Assembly: GCA_973895155.1 (NCBI GenBank) | Contig: OZ316891.1 | Span: forward strand, 6,047,708-6,111,707 | DNA length: 64,000 bases | Direction: 5' to 3' | Source of the DNA: Marsupella aquatica | Lineage: Eukaryota > Plantae > Marchantiophyta | Part shown: one piece after another, positions 50,619 to 63,840 of the stretch | Position numbering within the stretch: the stretch's first letter is position 1 | Layout of the letters: every line of letters starts with the position of its first letter | Notes under the pieces: generated by a model | Database searches by the model: none | The model's input: the letters and a program-made list of their open reading frames with translations, nothing else | Told to the model about the DNA's origin: nothing | Translations under genes and position numbers: made by a program

Positions 50619-53279
50619 GCAATGAAAATTCTTTGTTATGTGTTGCAGTGATGGGAAATGACTTTCCTTTGTGATTTTCTCATGCAGAATTGGGGCAAAT
50701 GTTGCGCTTTCATCACATAACCGCTTGTTCCTCTCCTGTTTCTTGCATCAAATGCAGCCTTTGAATTTAATGTGCATTTTTGTCTTTGATGTGAAATCTT
50801 CTCTCTATTGGTCAGGTCACTTTTTGCTTTTGGAGAAACTGGTCCTTATCACATCACTACACCACCTTATCCAATTCAATGTTGTTTCTCGTGTTCACTC
50901 TATCTTGTGTGTCAGTTTCCTCCTTCAGTCCTTATGTCTCAATTGTACTTTGAAATCCTGGTAACCAGTTGGGGCACTTATTGAGGTCCATAGGGGAAAG
51001 AAACAAATTCTCCTCTAATTTGATGTCATATAGATGGCTAATAGATTGGTTCTTGAGCGAGCTTGGTCAGGGCGGAAGGCTACCGTCCAGTGTTGCATCC
51101 ACTGGGACCCTTCAACTTTGCAAATCGAATGAGGTCAATCTATTCTCGGGCTCCGCTTGTGTCTGATTTCTAGATTGTTATATCTTCCTTGGCGAAAAAC
51201 TTGGGATGAGAAATGGCAGTAGCAAGTTCCACAGGGCCGTGTCTCTCTCTACTGACCAAAGTATATCTTGCTTCTGGGAGTGTGCTGTAGCCCTTCTCGA
51301 TCAACTTACAATAAAAGAACTACTCCCTAATTTTGTTTCCCCAATACCTTCGCTGTTACTATCTCACTCAAGCCCTTATGCTTCAATCTCAGGTTGTAAG
51401 TGCTTCAATTGCCCTGATGTTTGACAGCGAGTCTCAAATTTTGAAGGTAGCTTGGAGAGCATATTTGTGAACCACTGAATCTGTTATAACTGTTATCCAC
51501 TGCGACTGCGCTGAACCTCATTTGCCATCTCCCACTGCACTCGGCAATTTGCACTTGCCAGTTACTGTGACTGTGGTTAATCTCATTTTCCAGTAATCAA
51601 CCACTGCACTAAAGTGGTTCGCCACTAAAAACTGTGGTCGAGCGCTCCCAGTAGCCACCTTCCCCACCTGAACACTTGGGGAGTTTGCCAGTCTGGCAAA
51701 ACTGCAAAATCCTTAAAAAATAGACTGTTTGCTACCTTTGATGGCCAAAGTTATTTAAATCCATTTCTTTATCCCTTGACAAAAGACAAGGATAAGTACT
51801 GTAGCTTTCAAGATTGCCACATGTTTTTCCAACCCACCGTTTTAGTACCTTAACATTGGTGCGCTAAACACCAAATTTTGTGCACGAATCTAATTACAAC
51901 CACTACAGTAGTGTGTCCCCCCATCTTCCCTGAAGAACCCGACCCGTGTTCCCCCAGATGCTATTTAAGGAGCTCATTGTCCAAGGACACCAAGATTGAA
52001 CAAGAAGCCAAAGGTGCCCACCTTCAAGGAAACAGCTTAATGCTCAATAATGAACGCTCCTTACAATAGTACACAACTACACGGTCGTGTCTGCTGCCAT
52101 TACCAATCCTTTTTCCTTGGACCTTTTTGGTCCCGCCCTTTGTTAAATGAGTTTAGGACGGGGGTAAATGCCTAAATCGGCCTATGAGTTCGTGTCATAG
52201 GAAGTACCTTCCCAGAATGTATTGACAAATGAGCATTGGCCATTCGATTTTACTAGATTTAATCTGAACTGTTAAATTAGGTGACCACCTCGTTCATGCC
52301 GTGAGTGGTCTTGCAAAATTAAGTTTCTGATTTATTACTTTGCAGTGTTTGCTATAGCAAATCTGGAGTTGAAATTTGCCAACAACGCAATGCTGGTCCT
52401 GTCTCCGGTTCTACAAGAGCTAAACATCAGTTCTCTACTAAATGGAATGCTTGGAAATAGTTTTTCAACTGTCAAGGCATGCAGTACTGGTGACTCTTCG
52501 CTTACCAATGAGAGCACAAATAAAGTTTATTTTACCTTTCTAAGGGGGAGTGGAACGTCAGACACCATTTTTTTCACGGGTGTAGCCCTCACTATGCTTC
52601 TGAATCTTAACCCAAAAAAAAGCGTTTCGCTGAGGGTGCATGCAGGTTATGTAAGTCCTTTTGAGCATTTTAGCAAACATCAAGGTCCATCTGGCGTCCT
52701 TGTTCAACCTCGTCAAGAAGAAAAAGACAGAAAAAACAAAATTAGATAAGATAGGGAAATCTGGAACACCACGGCTGACGACATCATGAGCTCTTGGGAG
52801 ATAGGAACAAAGAGTACAAATCCCTCCCTTCCTGTCGCCCCACCCCAGCTTAATGCCATCCCCCAAATATTAAATACTTTTATTCTCCTCACCTTGTCAT
52901 TTAGCGTGAAAAAAATGACTATTCTTTTTAACTTGAAAAACAACGAATACACTGAGTAGCCAGAGATACTTAATATATATACATATTCTCAGTATTTTCA
53001 TTAGAGAATTGTTTGACAAGCACTCTAAAATCAGTCAGATCGACACTATTAAAAATAATTATTTTTGCGCTAATCTGGATGGCACTAAGGCATTCCCATC
53101 TCACCGCCTGCTCTGCTTTTGCGGCTTTCCTCGGCTGCTTCACACCTCTAGAGCATATTCCCATAGCCCAACAAAAACAGCAGCAGCATCAGCAGACCCA
53201 CATGACTATTGTGAAGACGAGCGTAGCTTGCACCTGGCAAAGCGCGAGTCACCAGATCGAAGCAGCAGAGCAACAGCAG

Positions 53280-53573
53280 AGGAAAACCCACAGAGTCAGT
53301 CCGTTGCCGAGTGAGAAGCAAGTGCAATCAGGAAAAACAAACCCCACAGTCAATTCTAGCTGAGTGAGAAGCACGGGTAATCAGAAAAACAAACCCCACA
53401 GTCAATCCGTTGCTGAGCGAGAAGCACGGGTAATCAGAAAAACAAACCCCACAGTCAATCCGTTGCTGAGCGAGAAGCACGGGTAATCAGAGAAACAAAC
53501 CCCACAGTCAATCCGTTGCCGAGCGAGAAGCAAGGGCAATCAGAAAACAAAACCCACAGTCAATCCGTTGCTG
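53280..53573. repeat. Tandem array of about 5 copies of a unit of about 54 bp
   Basis: GAG.GAGAAGCACGGGTAATCAGAAAAACAAACCCCACAGTCAATCCGTTGC repeated. Confidence 0.9.
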
Positions 53574-55194
53574 GGATGCCAGGAATGGCAGGGGATGGCG
53601 AGTGGAGCAAAGTTGAGGGAGGGACTCGCCAATACTGTAGTCAACCACAGCAGAGAGACTTCATAATTATTATTCTGGCCGCAATGGTGAAGTCCCGAGT
53701 CAATCCTGTCCCTTGGGAGTTGACTCTATAGCTTCCGCTCCCTCTGTGACGCTGTTGTGGGTGTGAGAGAAGCGAGGCGATGCGTGAGTGCGTCACGGAG
53801 GTAGCGGGACTCTCTGTGTGCCGGATGAAGACGAATTGATGAGTGACTGACCATTATTATTGCAGTCTTCAGTCCGCAGCGGACAGTCCATAGCAAGTTT
53901 AGCGACCACCAGAGGGAGAGAGAGGTTCATCACCCATCTGGCGAGCAGGCAAGGGGCAGGACGAAGAATTGAAGGCATAGCCTTGAGAGGAGAGGAGCAG
54001 GAGGTAGGTGAATAGTGCAGGCTTCCTGTAGAGAGGGAGAGAACGAGAAGTTCTGGATACTGTATTGTATTTTGTTGCGAGTTTGGTATCTCTAGAGGGA
54101 GAGAGAGGGTGACGCAACGCAGAGCTTCGCATTGGAATTTGCGTTGGTCATTGTCGTCGTCAGCATCGACCCGCACTTGTTGATGGATTGCATCCCCATT
54201 CTCCTCCTTCGTGACCCAATCCCAACCTCGATGCAGTGATTGAGTAGCTAGGGACATCTCTGCAGAGATTGAGGAGCTAGCGAGCGGCTGGTCTTCCGCA
54301 ACTCGAGAGAACTGACGGAATAATTTCGCAGAGAAAGAGTGAGAACTGGAGAGAAAAGTGGGAAAAAGACACAAGGAAAAGGACTCCGGCAGAGACAGGG
54401 GAGTGGAAGGAGTGAGGAAGAAGAACGAGAAGAGAGTTGTTGGGAGATGAGAATCGGTCGAAGAGTCTTCTATCTCCGAGGGGAGAGTTTTCTAGGATTT
54501 ATACAGTCGCTAACTTGTTGTTACAGTTTATACCATCGTCTTACGAGGAATCTTTTGGTTGGTTGACCACCGGTTGATCGGAAAAGGGGCGAAGGAAAGG
54601 TGAGGTAGAGTAAATCCGCTTGTGGGCTCTCTCGTGCCGTGTGGAGGGACGGAGGTGGAGAGAAAACGACCAGGGACAAAGGAGGAGGAGGGGAGGAGGG
54701 AAGGTGTGCTGGGAGGAGAAGGAGATGAAGTGCAAAAGTGCATGTAAAGCTCAGACTACTACCCGGACAAGTCCTGCGGGAGCCTTGAATCAGTGACAGT
54801 CTGTGGACCCTGATCGGTTGAAAAGCTGGTAATTAACGTTCATACGACTGAATGTGGGGTTGGCTAGGCTTAGCATGACCACCCTTTCTGAGTTTAGAGC
54901 TTTCTCTGCCCACAACCCATTAAGCATTCTTCACGCGTCTGCACGTTTCGTTGACCGACCCTTTCTGGTGTTTTGGTGGCGCTGGCCCAATACCACCTGT
55001 GTGCGGGTGGCATTGGGCAGGATGATGGTGGAGGGACTTCTGGTTCCCTCACTCCTCGATTCTATAGAATTGTGATTGGTTCTGTCTCAAGAGTTTGCTT
55101 TTTCTGCATCTAAGATGTCAAGTTGGACCTCCTCATCAGCTTTTGGTTGACCGCTTGTCATCATTCTCATTCTTTGCTCCAGTGACTTGCCATC

Positions 55195-58100
55195 ATGGGA
55201 CAACAGAAGGAAGCAACAGTTGTGCTAATTAATCCCACCGATGGAGTGTATCAAGTCTGTGAGAAGTTTTGGGTTGGTAAGTTCTTCCGCTGTATGCATT
55301 GTGGCAATGTTCATCCCACATTCGTTCCTTGCTGTGAGTAAATCTACTGTAATTCCGCACATTTTTCGGGCTTGCGTTCGATGGCATGGCTTTGACAACC
55401 GTTGGAAAATTTGCAACAGTGGGCCCGAGGTACAGACTCCATGAGCACGTAGGGGCGGGATCCTATGGGGATGTCTGTAAGGCTACTGATTTGGAAACTC
55501 GTGAAACGGTGGCTCTCAAGGTATGTTCAACCGCAACTTGTCGACTGATTGTCGTCGGTTTCTAGCAGGCTCGAGTACCATATTGAGCCTGAAATGATTT
55601 TCGTGTTAGTGGAAGTTGATAGGGGCAGCTCTTCTGTCCGATCGAATACTTCCTCTATTGGGGCCTTCAGGATGGCACATCACTTTCTAATGCTATTGGC
55701 GATTCATTCTTCATTTGTTACCGGTTTTCTGTCTTACATTTGTGTCCTTATGCCCAATTGTTGCACTTCTTTTCCGCAGAGAATCCCAGATGTCTTCTTT
55801 TGCCACATGCTAGCCAAGAGGGTTCTTCGTGAAGTCTGTATAATGAGACGCCTGCGACACCCCTACATCATAGCTTGTACAGTCTCTCCATTTCCCGACG
55901 ATCTTCTCACATCACTTTCGCTGTAGGGGCATAATTAGGAGCAGAGTTTGGGTGCGTGTGTACATATTTATGTGGAAATCGAGTTTGTAGTTCACTTCAG
56001 CAAATTCTTGATATTCGAGGAGCACGAACTACCTTGAGAGAGCTCTTACATAAAGTCTTGTCTCTTCACAGTGAGCAATGTCTTCACGTCAGGAAACTTG
56101 GAGATCCAGGGTGGTATAGACTTGTATATTGCGACGGAATTTGCCGATGGGTAAGCGTATTGTCCTAGGTATTGCATTACTTTTGTACTTCATGGGCTCA
56201 TCTTGAAATCAATTTATGTACTTGAACCACAATTCAGGAACCATCTAGCTGCATGACTTATGATGAATTTGGTTTCTCTCAATACTTTTCCTGAATGCAA
56301 TTATTTTTTTCCGTCCATACAGTGGTGACATGTACCACTTGAAGAACCCGATGCAGCAGGATCAAGTACAGTCGCTAATCTGGCAGCTCCTCTCCGGTGT
56401 GCGCTACTTGCATTCCTGTCACGTTTGGCACAGGTAGGCTTGTGGATCTACCAGCATTCATCAAGTGTATATAGTTTTAACTTCTTGTCTGTCATTCCTC
56501 TGCATTCGAACTGAGATTGAAGTTTAACGTCAGCATTGTGAAGGTGGAAGGACGAAAAGATACCGTTGGATACTAAACGCCTCTAATTTGCTAGGCTGTA
56601 TCTTAGGGAATAATGCTGCATCAAATTCTATTCCGATTACATCAAAGAGTTGTTGACAGATGCGTTGGTACTCACTGTCGACATCAGTTTTGCATCACAA
56701 GTTACCATAATGAGAGAAGAATAATTGCTTCCGCTAAACTACGTTAGTCGGAGCTGGAGATGGCCCGATATTGTTCGGTTTACATTGGAAGAAATGTTGA
56801 AGGCATTTGAATTCGAAGTCTTGCGTATCGAGCGTGAGGGTAGTCTTTTACTTCCTCTTAGTTTTCTAACCTTCACGGCATTTTGCTTTGTTTATTTTCA
56901 GGGACATCAAGTCAGAAAATGTGCTTCTTTCGTCAATGACGGATGTTAAGATTTGTGATTTTGGTCTCTCCCGGTCGGCCATGGAGGTCTGTAATTCCGT
57001 TTCAATTCATCCTCTGTTCACGGTATCTGGTTTTTGTTTCTTTGCATGTATTGGTCAGCTTGTCGTCTGGACTTTATTTGATAAATAAGGGACATTTTGA
57101 CGAAACGAGGACAGCAAGGACTACGCCTGATCTTGTGGTTATGAATAGTGCAGCAGTCTAATATGGAGCCCAGACGCGTTCCAACTACTGGAAGACGGAC
57201 AAGTAGGAAACCTGTGTTAAGAAGGCAGTACACAAAAACTGTAAGTTCAACACCATGATCCAAGTTATATGAACTGCGACGACGGTTACTATTCCATCTC
57301 GAAGTCAATGCGTTGAGTTAATCTCATTCTTCATCGTTGCTGATTATCTTTGTGATGATCGTGGTTATGATCAGGTCGTGACGCCGAGTTACAGAGCACC
57401 AGAAGTCATCATGTCCCAAGGACAGTACTCATCGGCTATTGACATGTATGTCCCCCTTTTCAAGAAGATTCATTTTCCTCTTGTGGTGTCCTCTCCCGAG
57501 TTGAAGGTATTGAAGGTTACTCTGTAATGATGAATACTGAAGTTCTCCCTTTGATTAAGGTACGCATGCATAGTTGTGCCCTCTTGGTCTGGCCTAGAAT
57601 TTCGAAGTGGGATTGTCTTGATTTAATATACAAGCACATTCTTACTTTATGCAAGTCGTGACTCACCTTTGTGTTGGATTTGTCATCTGGTGCTGGTTTT
57701 TTTTTGCAGATGGGCGCTTGGATGCATCTTTTGGGTAAGTAGTTTCGCATTTTGTCATGATGTGTCTCTGCTTTCTTTGTCTTCTAGTTATGTTTCGACT
57801 CTTCTATAGGTTCAGAGCTCTGAACTTCAGCTTGATAGGGGCGTGACAACTTTTAATATGTGGGAAAGCTCAACTGAAAATTTTCGGTATTGGTTCTGAC
57901 AGGAACTCCTAGATCGACAGCTTTGCTCCTCTCGTACAGGACCACCCCCAAGACCTCTTTTTGGAGTGCGGTATGCACCCATTATTCGTTTTCCGTAGAA
58001 TTGGTTTGAAACGTTCCCGTTTACGCAGGCAACGATAGAGGTTTCATGTTTCAGTGAAAGCACAATTTGAGCATACAAATGATGGGATACTCGATCCTAC

Positions 58101-60067
58101 GAGTGGCTTCCAATGTTGGGAGGAGTTTTAGTGTGATTTCGTCAGTACTGGTAGTTTCATTTCGTTGGTACATGGACGTCCTTTTCCAATATTGTTTCGA
58201 GTATCATTTAATTCTTTCCGGTCTGTCTATCTCACGCTTGTGCTGGACCTGCTGTTTTTCTACAGGGGGGAGCCCAACACACCTGTTGAAGGAGAAGTGT
58301 ATGCCGAGGATGGCAGCTCCAAGCTTTCTGAGCAGGTTCTATTTCTGCCTTTGCATCCTCATCATGCACCTCTTCAAGATTCGTTTGCCATCGGCGGCGA
58401 AGACCTGTGTCAAGAGCCTTCCTATCCTTCAGTACGAATCGTCATTGCTAAGAGTTTTCGTCTTGGAATCATGCGGATTCTAACGTTGATGTTGTTTCAT
58501 CTGTACAGCTCGACGTGATCTTCGATGTCATAGGTACCCCTTGTTGGAAAGACATTGAGAGTGTACCCAGTGAACAATGGCGGTCTTACCTGAAGCAAGT
58601 ACCTGGACGAGTATGCCAACATAACACAACTCTCATTGCAAAACTATATTCTGGTTCCTTTCGTGGGAAATAATTAATTTCATGTGCTCTTCATTTCTTT
58701 ATGTCATTATTCGATTTCGCACATCAATTTTTGTTTGTGTCTTAGTAGCCGGAGGAAGAGAAAGCAATGTATGCGATGGTCGAATCATTAAGTGTTTTGA
58801 TGAATGTTCTTTGTACAACGCAGGCTGGGAGTTTAATAGCAAATCTGACAGGAGTGGTAGACGAAGAGGCACTGGACCTGCTCTCACGAATGCTGGCGTT
58901 TGATCCAGCTCGCCGCTGCACAGCTGACGAAGCGTTGAAACACACATATGTACGTTGCTCATGCGATCATTCATTAAGTGCGCTCTAAATAAGTACACAC
59001 ACTAGCGAGTGGAACAGATGACGGTTATATTGCTTTACTCGTTTCAAAAAGGTGGTTGTGCAAATTTTTCCGGATGATAGTCATCGATTCTTTGACTTTC
59101 AGTATAACACATGTCGTTGAAGTTTGATTTGTGTCGGGAGTTCCAACAATACTGGTGTGTTTTCGTGCAGTTTAGGAGCCTCAAACACCCACAAGATCTA
59201 CCTCCGGTAAGATTTGAAGATGCTCCTTCAGCCCTTCCAGAGGATCCAGTCTGGTTGATAAATGATCCTGCCATTGCTCTTGGGCTTCTCGAGGTAACGC
59301 TTTCTTCTTCCTAGTATGACGTGCCAAATTATTCGGAGCATAGGAAGTATCGTAAAACAGAGCTGAAGTTGTTGCACTACCTGAACAGGGCAACCACCGT
59401 GGCTTCTTATTTGGTCTGTTAGGCGTCTGTGAGGACCATAAACATAAATTTGTTGGGATTCTACTTGCAGAAGCAGTTGGAACAATCAACGTCTCAGGCA
59501 GATGGCGGGCGACATACATTGGAGTGGCTCCTCCAAAGGGAAGTGGAAAGCCAGCAGGAGCAGCTAAAACTGCGCAAAGCTGTGATGGAGAATATTGTGG
59601 CAAAAGCGGCCTCAGAGGTGATGGCCAAGGCTCCTGCTCTTCAACAGCTGTTCCCTGCCCCAGCACCTTATTCAGTGCCAACAGTGGTAAATTCACAGCT
59701 GCTCCCAACATCACCAGAATGGCAAAAGGAGTGGCAATATGGATCATCGAATGGCACCGAGGCATCAGGTTTGACCCTGGATGTGTCGCAAACTGAAGTT
59801 CAAGAACCTCCAGTGAAGAAACCTCGTGCAAGAAAGAAAACGATCATTAAACAGGGTTCTCTTCAGATTGAGTTGAATTCTATTCCTTCCCCTCAAAGTA
59901 GTAGAACATCAAGTAGAATTGCAAAGCAAAAAGGCACGGGAGGTGGGGAAGTCCAATTTGAAGTGCAGCCTGCTTCTGAGATGTTGCCACGAAGGTCACC
60001 CCGCCTGAGGGAGATTCATGCACAAGGTGAGCTTCCTCATCGTAAAAGAGTCTGTCTGAGAGGGTGA
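55195..60067 (+). CDS. Atypical MAP-kinase-like (CMGC) Ser/Thr kinase, about 15 exons
   Basis: Spliced by hand with GT-AG introns: VGAGSYGDVCKA..VALK, RIPDVF..LAKRVLREVCIMRRLRHP, DLYIATE, YLHSCHVWHRDIKSEN, KICDFGLSR, RQYTKTVVTPSYRAPE, YSSAIDIWALGCIFWE, QLDVIFDVIGTP, ALDLLSRMLAFDPARRCTADEALKH. The long last exon (59471-60067) encodes a basic tail. Confidence 0.92.
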
Positions 60068-60799
60068 GGCCGAGGAAATGAGGCCTTTTAAGGTGTATGA
60101 TAATTTTTTGTACAGAGTTGGATCGATGTTACTGAATTATTCTTCCGGTAGAAAAAAAGCTGTTAGTCAAAGAAAACTCAAATTTTTGGCTTTTGCAGCT
60201 GGTCTGGCACAGACTACAGCCAGTCAAATTAGTTCTGATCCCTTATTGAGTTGTGAAATTCTTTTAGCCAACTTCTCGAGTTGAGGGATAGTTCATTTAG
60301 TATAATTTGAGAAAGTCACAAGTGACTTGGATTGATTTATCAGCACTTCAACAATTTCGAGTTGTGTACTTTCTCGTAAAGAATTGGTGCGAACACTCCA
60401 TGACGATCAGTGGGAGACTTCCTTGATTTCCCTTATTTATTGGGTTCTAATATCTTTCTTGGGTACCGATTTAATCCGTACCAGTCAGTCATTGACTTAT
60501 AACTTTACTGGTTGTACCAATTGGCTCTTACTGCTGGGACTCGAGTTATCAGTATGTGCTTTTTGTACAAACTCTCTCCAGAGATCAGATCACAATCCTT
60601 TGGAAATGTCGAGACATGCAATTGCAGGAAACGGGAAACGCATGAAAACTAGAGCTTGCTTCTTGATAGTTTTGTGAACGCACTGACTACCTTTCCCTGT
60701 CCTCGAAATTGTATTAGCCCCAAGGTAGCCTCCTATTTACGTACTAGGATGTCAATTTGACTATACCTGTTTTTACCACCAATACGCATTTCCAGCATT

Positions 60800-61355
60800 C
60801 GAATAGAACAATTGGTCCCTGGATATTGTCTTCACAAATTCCATTTGGCCTCCCTCTCCGATGAGACACACACCAAATCTCTTCCGGCCCTTACGGTCTG
60901 AGCACCTGATGAATTTTGGATTACTACTTCCTACTCAAAAACTGTGTTCCTGTTAGTCCAGTGCAAGCATGACCCAACTTTTCACATTGCCTTTCAACTC
61001 CCTTCCCGGGGTTTGGTGGAGATTCGCCTGGCCAATATGACCCACACTTCCACCATTCGAATAGGACGGGTTCCGTAGAGAGTTGCCTGGCCAACATGAC
61101 CCACACTTCCACCGTTCGAATAGAACGAATGGACTCTGAATATTGGCTTTCTTAACAAACTCCATTTGGCCTTCCTATTCGATCATGCACACAGATCACA
61201 TCTCTCTCGACCTTTCCATCTGAGCTCCTGATGAGATCCGGATACGCCTTCCTACTTCTCGAAAGTTATGAGTCCCGTGCAAACATGACCCAAGGTTTTC
61301 ACATTGCCTTTACACTCACTCCTCAGGGTTCGGTAGAGTTGCCTGGCCACCATGG
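60800..61355. repeat. Diverged direct repeat of about 320 bp with an internal 60-bp duplication
   Basis: CCATTTGGCCT at 60841 and 61162; CATGACCCAA..TTTTCACATTGCCTTT twice; GCCTGGCCAA.ATGACCCACACTTCCACC.TTCGAATAG twice. Confidence 0.75.
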
Positions 61356-61614
61356 CTACAATCCTTTCGTCGAAAATCTTATACCTGCGTATTCAAGCAT
61401 GACTTTTCCGTTCGCAATCTACTGAGCTTGTTTACTCTCCTCACTCTGGCATAATTATCTTCTTATACTTCTGTGGCTGGTACCAATTGCCGATGCTCTG
61501 TAGCTAATTGGATATGTCCATGTGCTTTATTTTTTAATTCATGTAACAGCATCCTTTTTGTTTGGCGTGATCTTTGCTTCCTTTTTATCGTTTCCCTTTT
61601 TACTATAGCTTAAT

Positions 61615-62662
61615 AGTGTCGCTCAAATCGACAAACCCGAATGGTCTGAAAAGTGTGTCTCACGGTGACGTCGACAACAGCTGTAAAAGAAACAACTCAA
61701 CGCTTAACACACCGACGCCTGAGCTAAAACTTCTAACATTTCATAGTAGCAACTGCATCTTAGCTCCTTTCATCCCAGAACTTTCTATTCCTTTCTGCTG
61801 GGGCTTTTTGTCCTCTCCTGTTGAGGATAACATGTCAACTTGCCCCAGGCGGAGAAGACAACGAAAGGGTTCATTTCTGTGACACGAACAAGTTAATACG
61901 AATGGAATCATCAATGGTCTTTTGTCGTCTCTTCTGCGTTGGATGAGTAAAATATCTTCCTTTTTACCCCCTCCTCTCGTGGGTAGTTTGGCCACTGGCA
62001 TTTCTTAGGTTTCTTACATGCCTTATTACATAAAGATAGAAGTGGAGGGGCAAACGACAGGCTCTGCTGTTCACAAGAATGATCCGACCACCGTGTTTAT
62101 CTCATCATCAGTCTAAACGACGAAAGCTGATGGTGAACCTGGATCAGCTAACTAGTAGCCAAGGCTTTAAGAAGTTTGAATCGAGTTGGTGACAAACTGG
62201 TAATATCAAATGAGATTCAGATTGGTTCGTTCTTATGTCATTGACTAACGTGCGTTCAATTGTGCGACTAATTACTCTTTGAAGAATGAGGCAATGAAGT
62301 CGGCCATTGCAAAGACAGACCAACGCGGTCAAGTAGGAGCTTCGAGTAGGAAGCCCCAATAATAGTCTGGAGGAAAAAGACCCCCCTGGAGGTATCCATT
62401 TGACGTGCTTGGACTTCATGAGTTCCACCAAACAAATCTACTGAGACCCCATGACTCGTATAGTCCTACTCTTTTGCTACCTGAGAGATCTAAGCTGTGG
62501 ACTATTGAGCAGAAAGAAAGTAATTTACTACAACTCTCGAGTGTCGCTCAAATCGACCAACCGGATGGATTGAAATTGTGTCTCACGGTAATGTCGACAA
62601 AGGCTGTAAAAGAAACAGTTCAACTCTAAAGACACCCGCGCCTGAACTACAAACTTCTACAG
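61615..62662. repeat. Two dispersed copies of a segment of about 125 bp (about 61615-61740 and 62539-62662)
   Basis: AGTGTCGCTCAAATCGAC...TGTGTCTCACGGT...GTCGACAA..GCTGTAAAAGAAACA...GCCTGA.CTA.AAACTTCTA in both copies. Confidence 0.8.
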
Positions 62663-63035
62663 TAGCATTTTGTAGGAGCAAATAATTATGCGCTCACCTC
62701 ATAAAGTGGGTAGACCATGTCTGGAAATCTACGTTCCAAATAAATAGACCATCGAAGGAGTAATCTTCAGTGATATAGACTAACTAACTGGGAGCTGTAA
62801 TTGCGGGAAAAACTTAGACTTCGACACCGCAAAAAAAGGCTTCACAACTACAAGCTTGACTTCAACACAGCACAAATAGGCTTCAAATGAGTTTTCACAT
62901 ACCCCTGTTTCCGAGATAAATCCGTAGGCCCCAAACTATCGAACTAGCTCATGACGTAGCTCAGACAGCAACCAGGTCGGTGGCTGACGGCGAAGACGAA
63001 ACACCCACTGAGTGACATGGAAGGTCTGGAGTTGG

Positions 63036-63545
63036 TCACCCCACGAGGTAGACTTCACAGGGCATGACGGTCTTTCGGAGTCGCGGTCCAGGAGAGATCA
63101 TCAAGCCTACCTTGGGGATGAACCTTTCATTTTCTTCAAGGTCCACAATCGTCGTCATGTAATTTGAATCCACATCGGCACCACGCTCAACACTGAAGAT
63201 AGAGGCAGGTGGTTCGAAAGAGAAGGCGAGCTTGTGCAATAGCCAAGCACTTCCTGCGGCATCCCTAAAAGTTGAAGCCAGTTTAGGACCACCAAGTTTT
63301 CCAACCCATTCGACTGTTATATTTTTCATCCTTTTACAGAGAAGAGGAACCTTTGCCTCACAGAACTCTTGAAATTGTGGATCCTCGATGTCGCCCGCGG
63401 AATTCTACTCTAGTTCGCGGAGATAGAATTTGTAAAACCTTTCCTTCCGAACGTCGGGGTTTAGAAACCTTGAAACACCAGATATGGTGTTGAAACTCTC
63501 GTTCTCAAAACCTTGAAAGAAAATGTCATTCACGGCCGAATTGTT
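63036..63545 (-). pseudogene. 5'-truncated GIL1/IRKI-like paralog (partner A3) with an in-frame stop
   Basis: Hand translation NSAVNDIFFQGFENESFNTISGVSRFLNPDVRKERFYKFYLRELE*NSAGDIEDPQFQEFCEAK...WLLHKLAFSFEPPASIF...CEVYL closely matches A2. TAG at 63405-63407. Homology ends abruptly near 63545. Confidence 0.9.
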
Positions 63546-63840
63546 AGGGTTGATGACATTTATTTAGGATTCCTGACCTTCGTTACATTTGTAGGCTAAC
63601 GTAGATTGGATAGATGTTTTTGTAACACATTACATGTTGCAATAAAGTCCAGCTTCTTGCTGCTGTAGTCTGGCCAGCTATCGATGATTCTAGCTATTGC
63701 AGTAGATAGATAGGCCCTGTTATAAACCGTTGAAATCCTGATAACGGAATGTCCCGTATCGTGCTACAGAAGGGCTCAAAGGTTCATTTGGACAACCAGT
63801 ACGTCTAGATTTTGCAACCGTGTTCCCGCTGAGGCACAGC

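Noticed and set aside
53793-54374. 193-aa minus-strand ORF
   Set aside because: Low-complexity, no domain, and it lies in the GA-rich region upstream of the kinase.
59181-59831. 216-aa minus-strand ORF
   Set aside because: Antisense shadow of the kinase's last exons.
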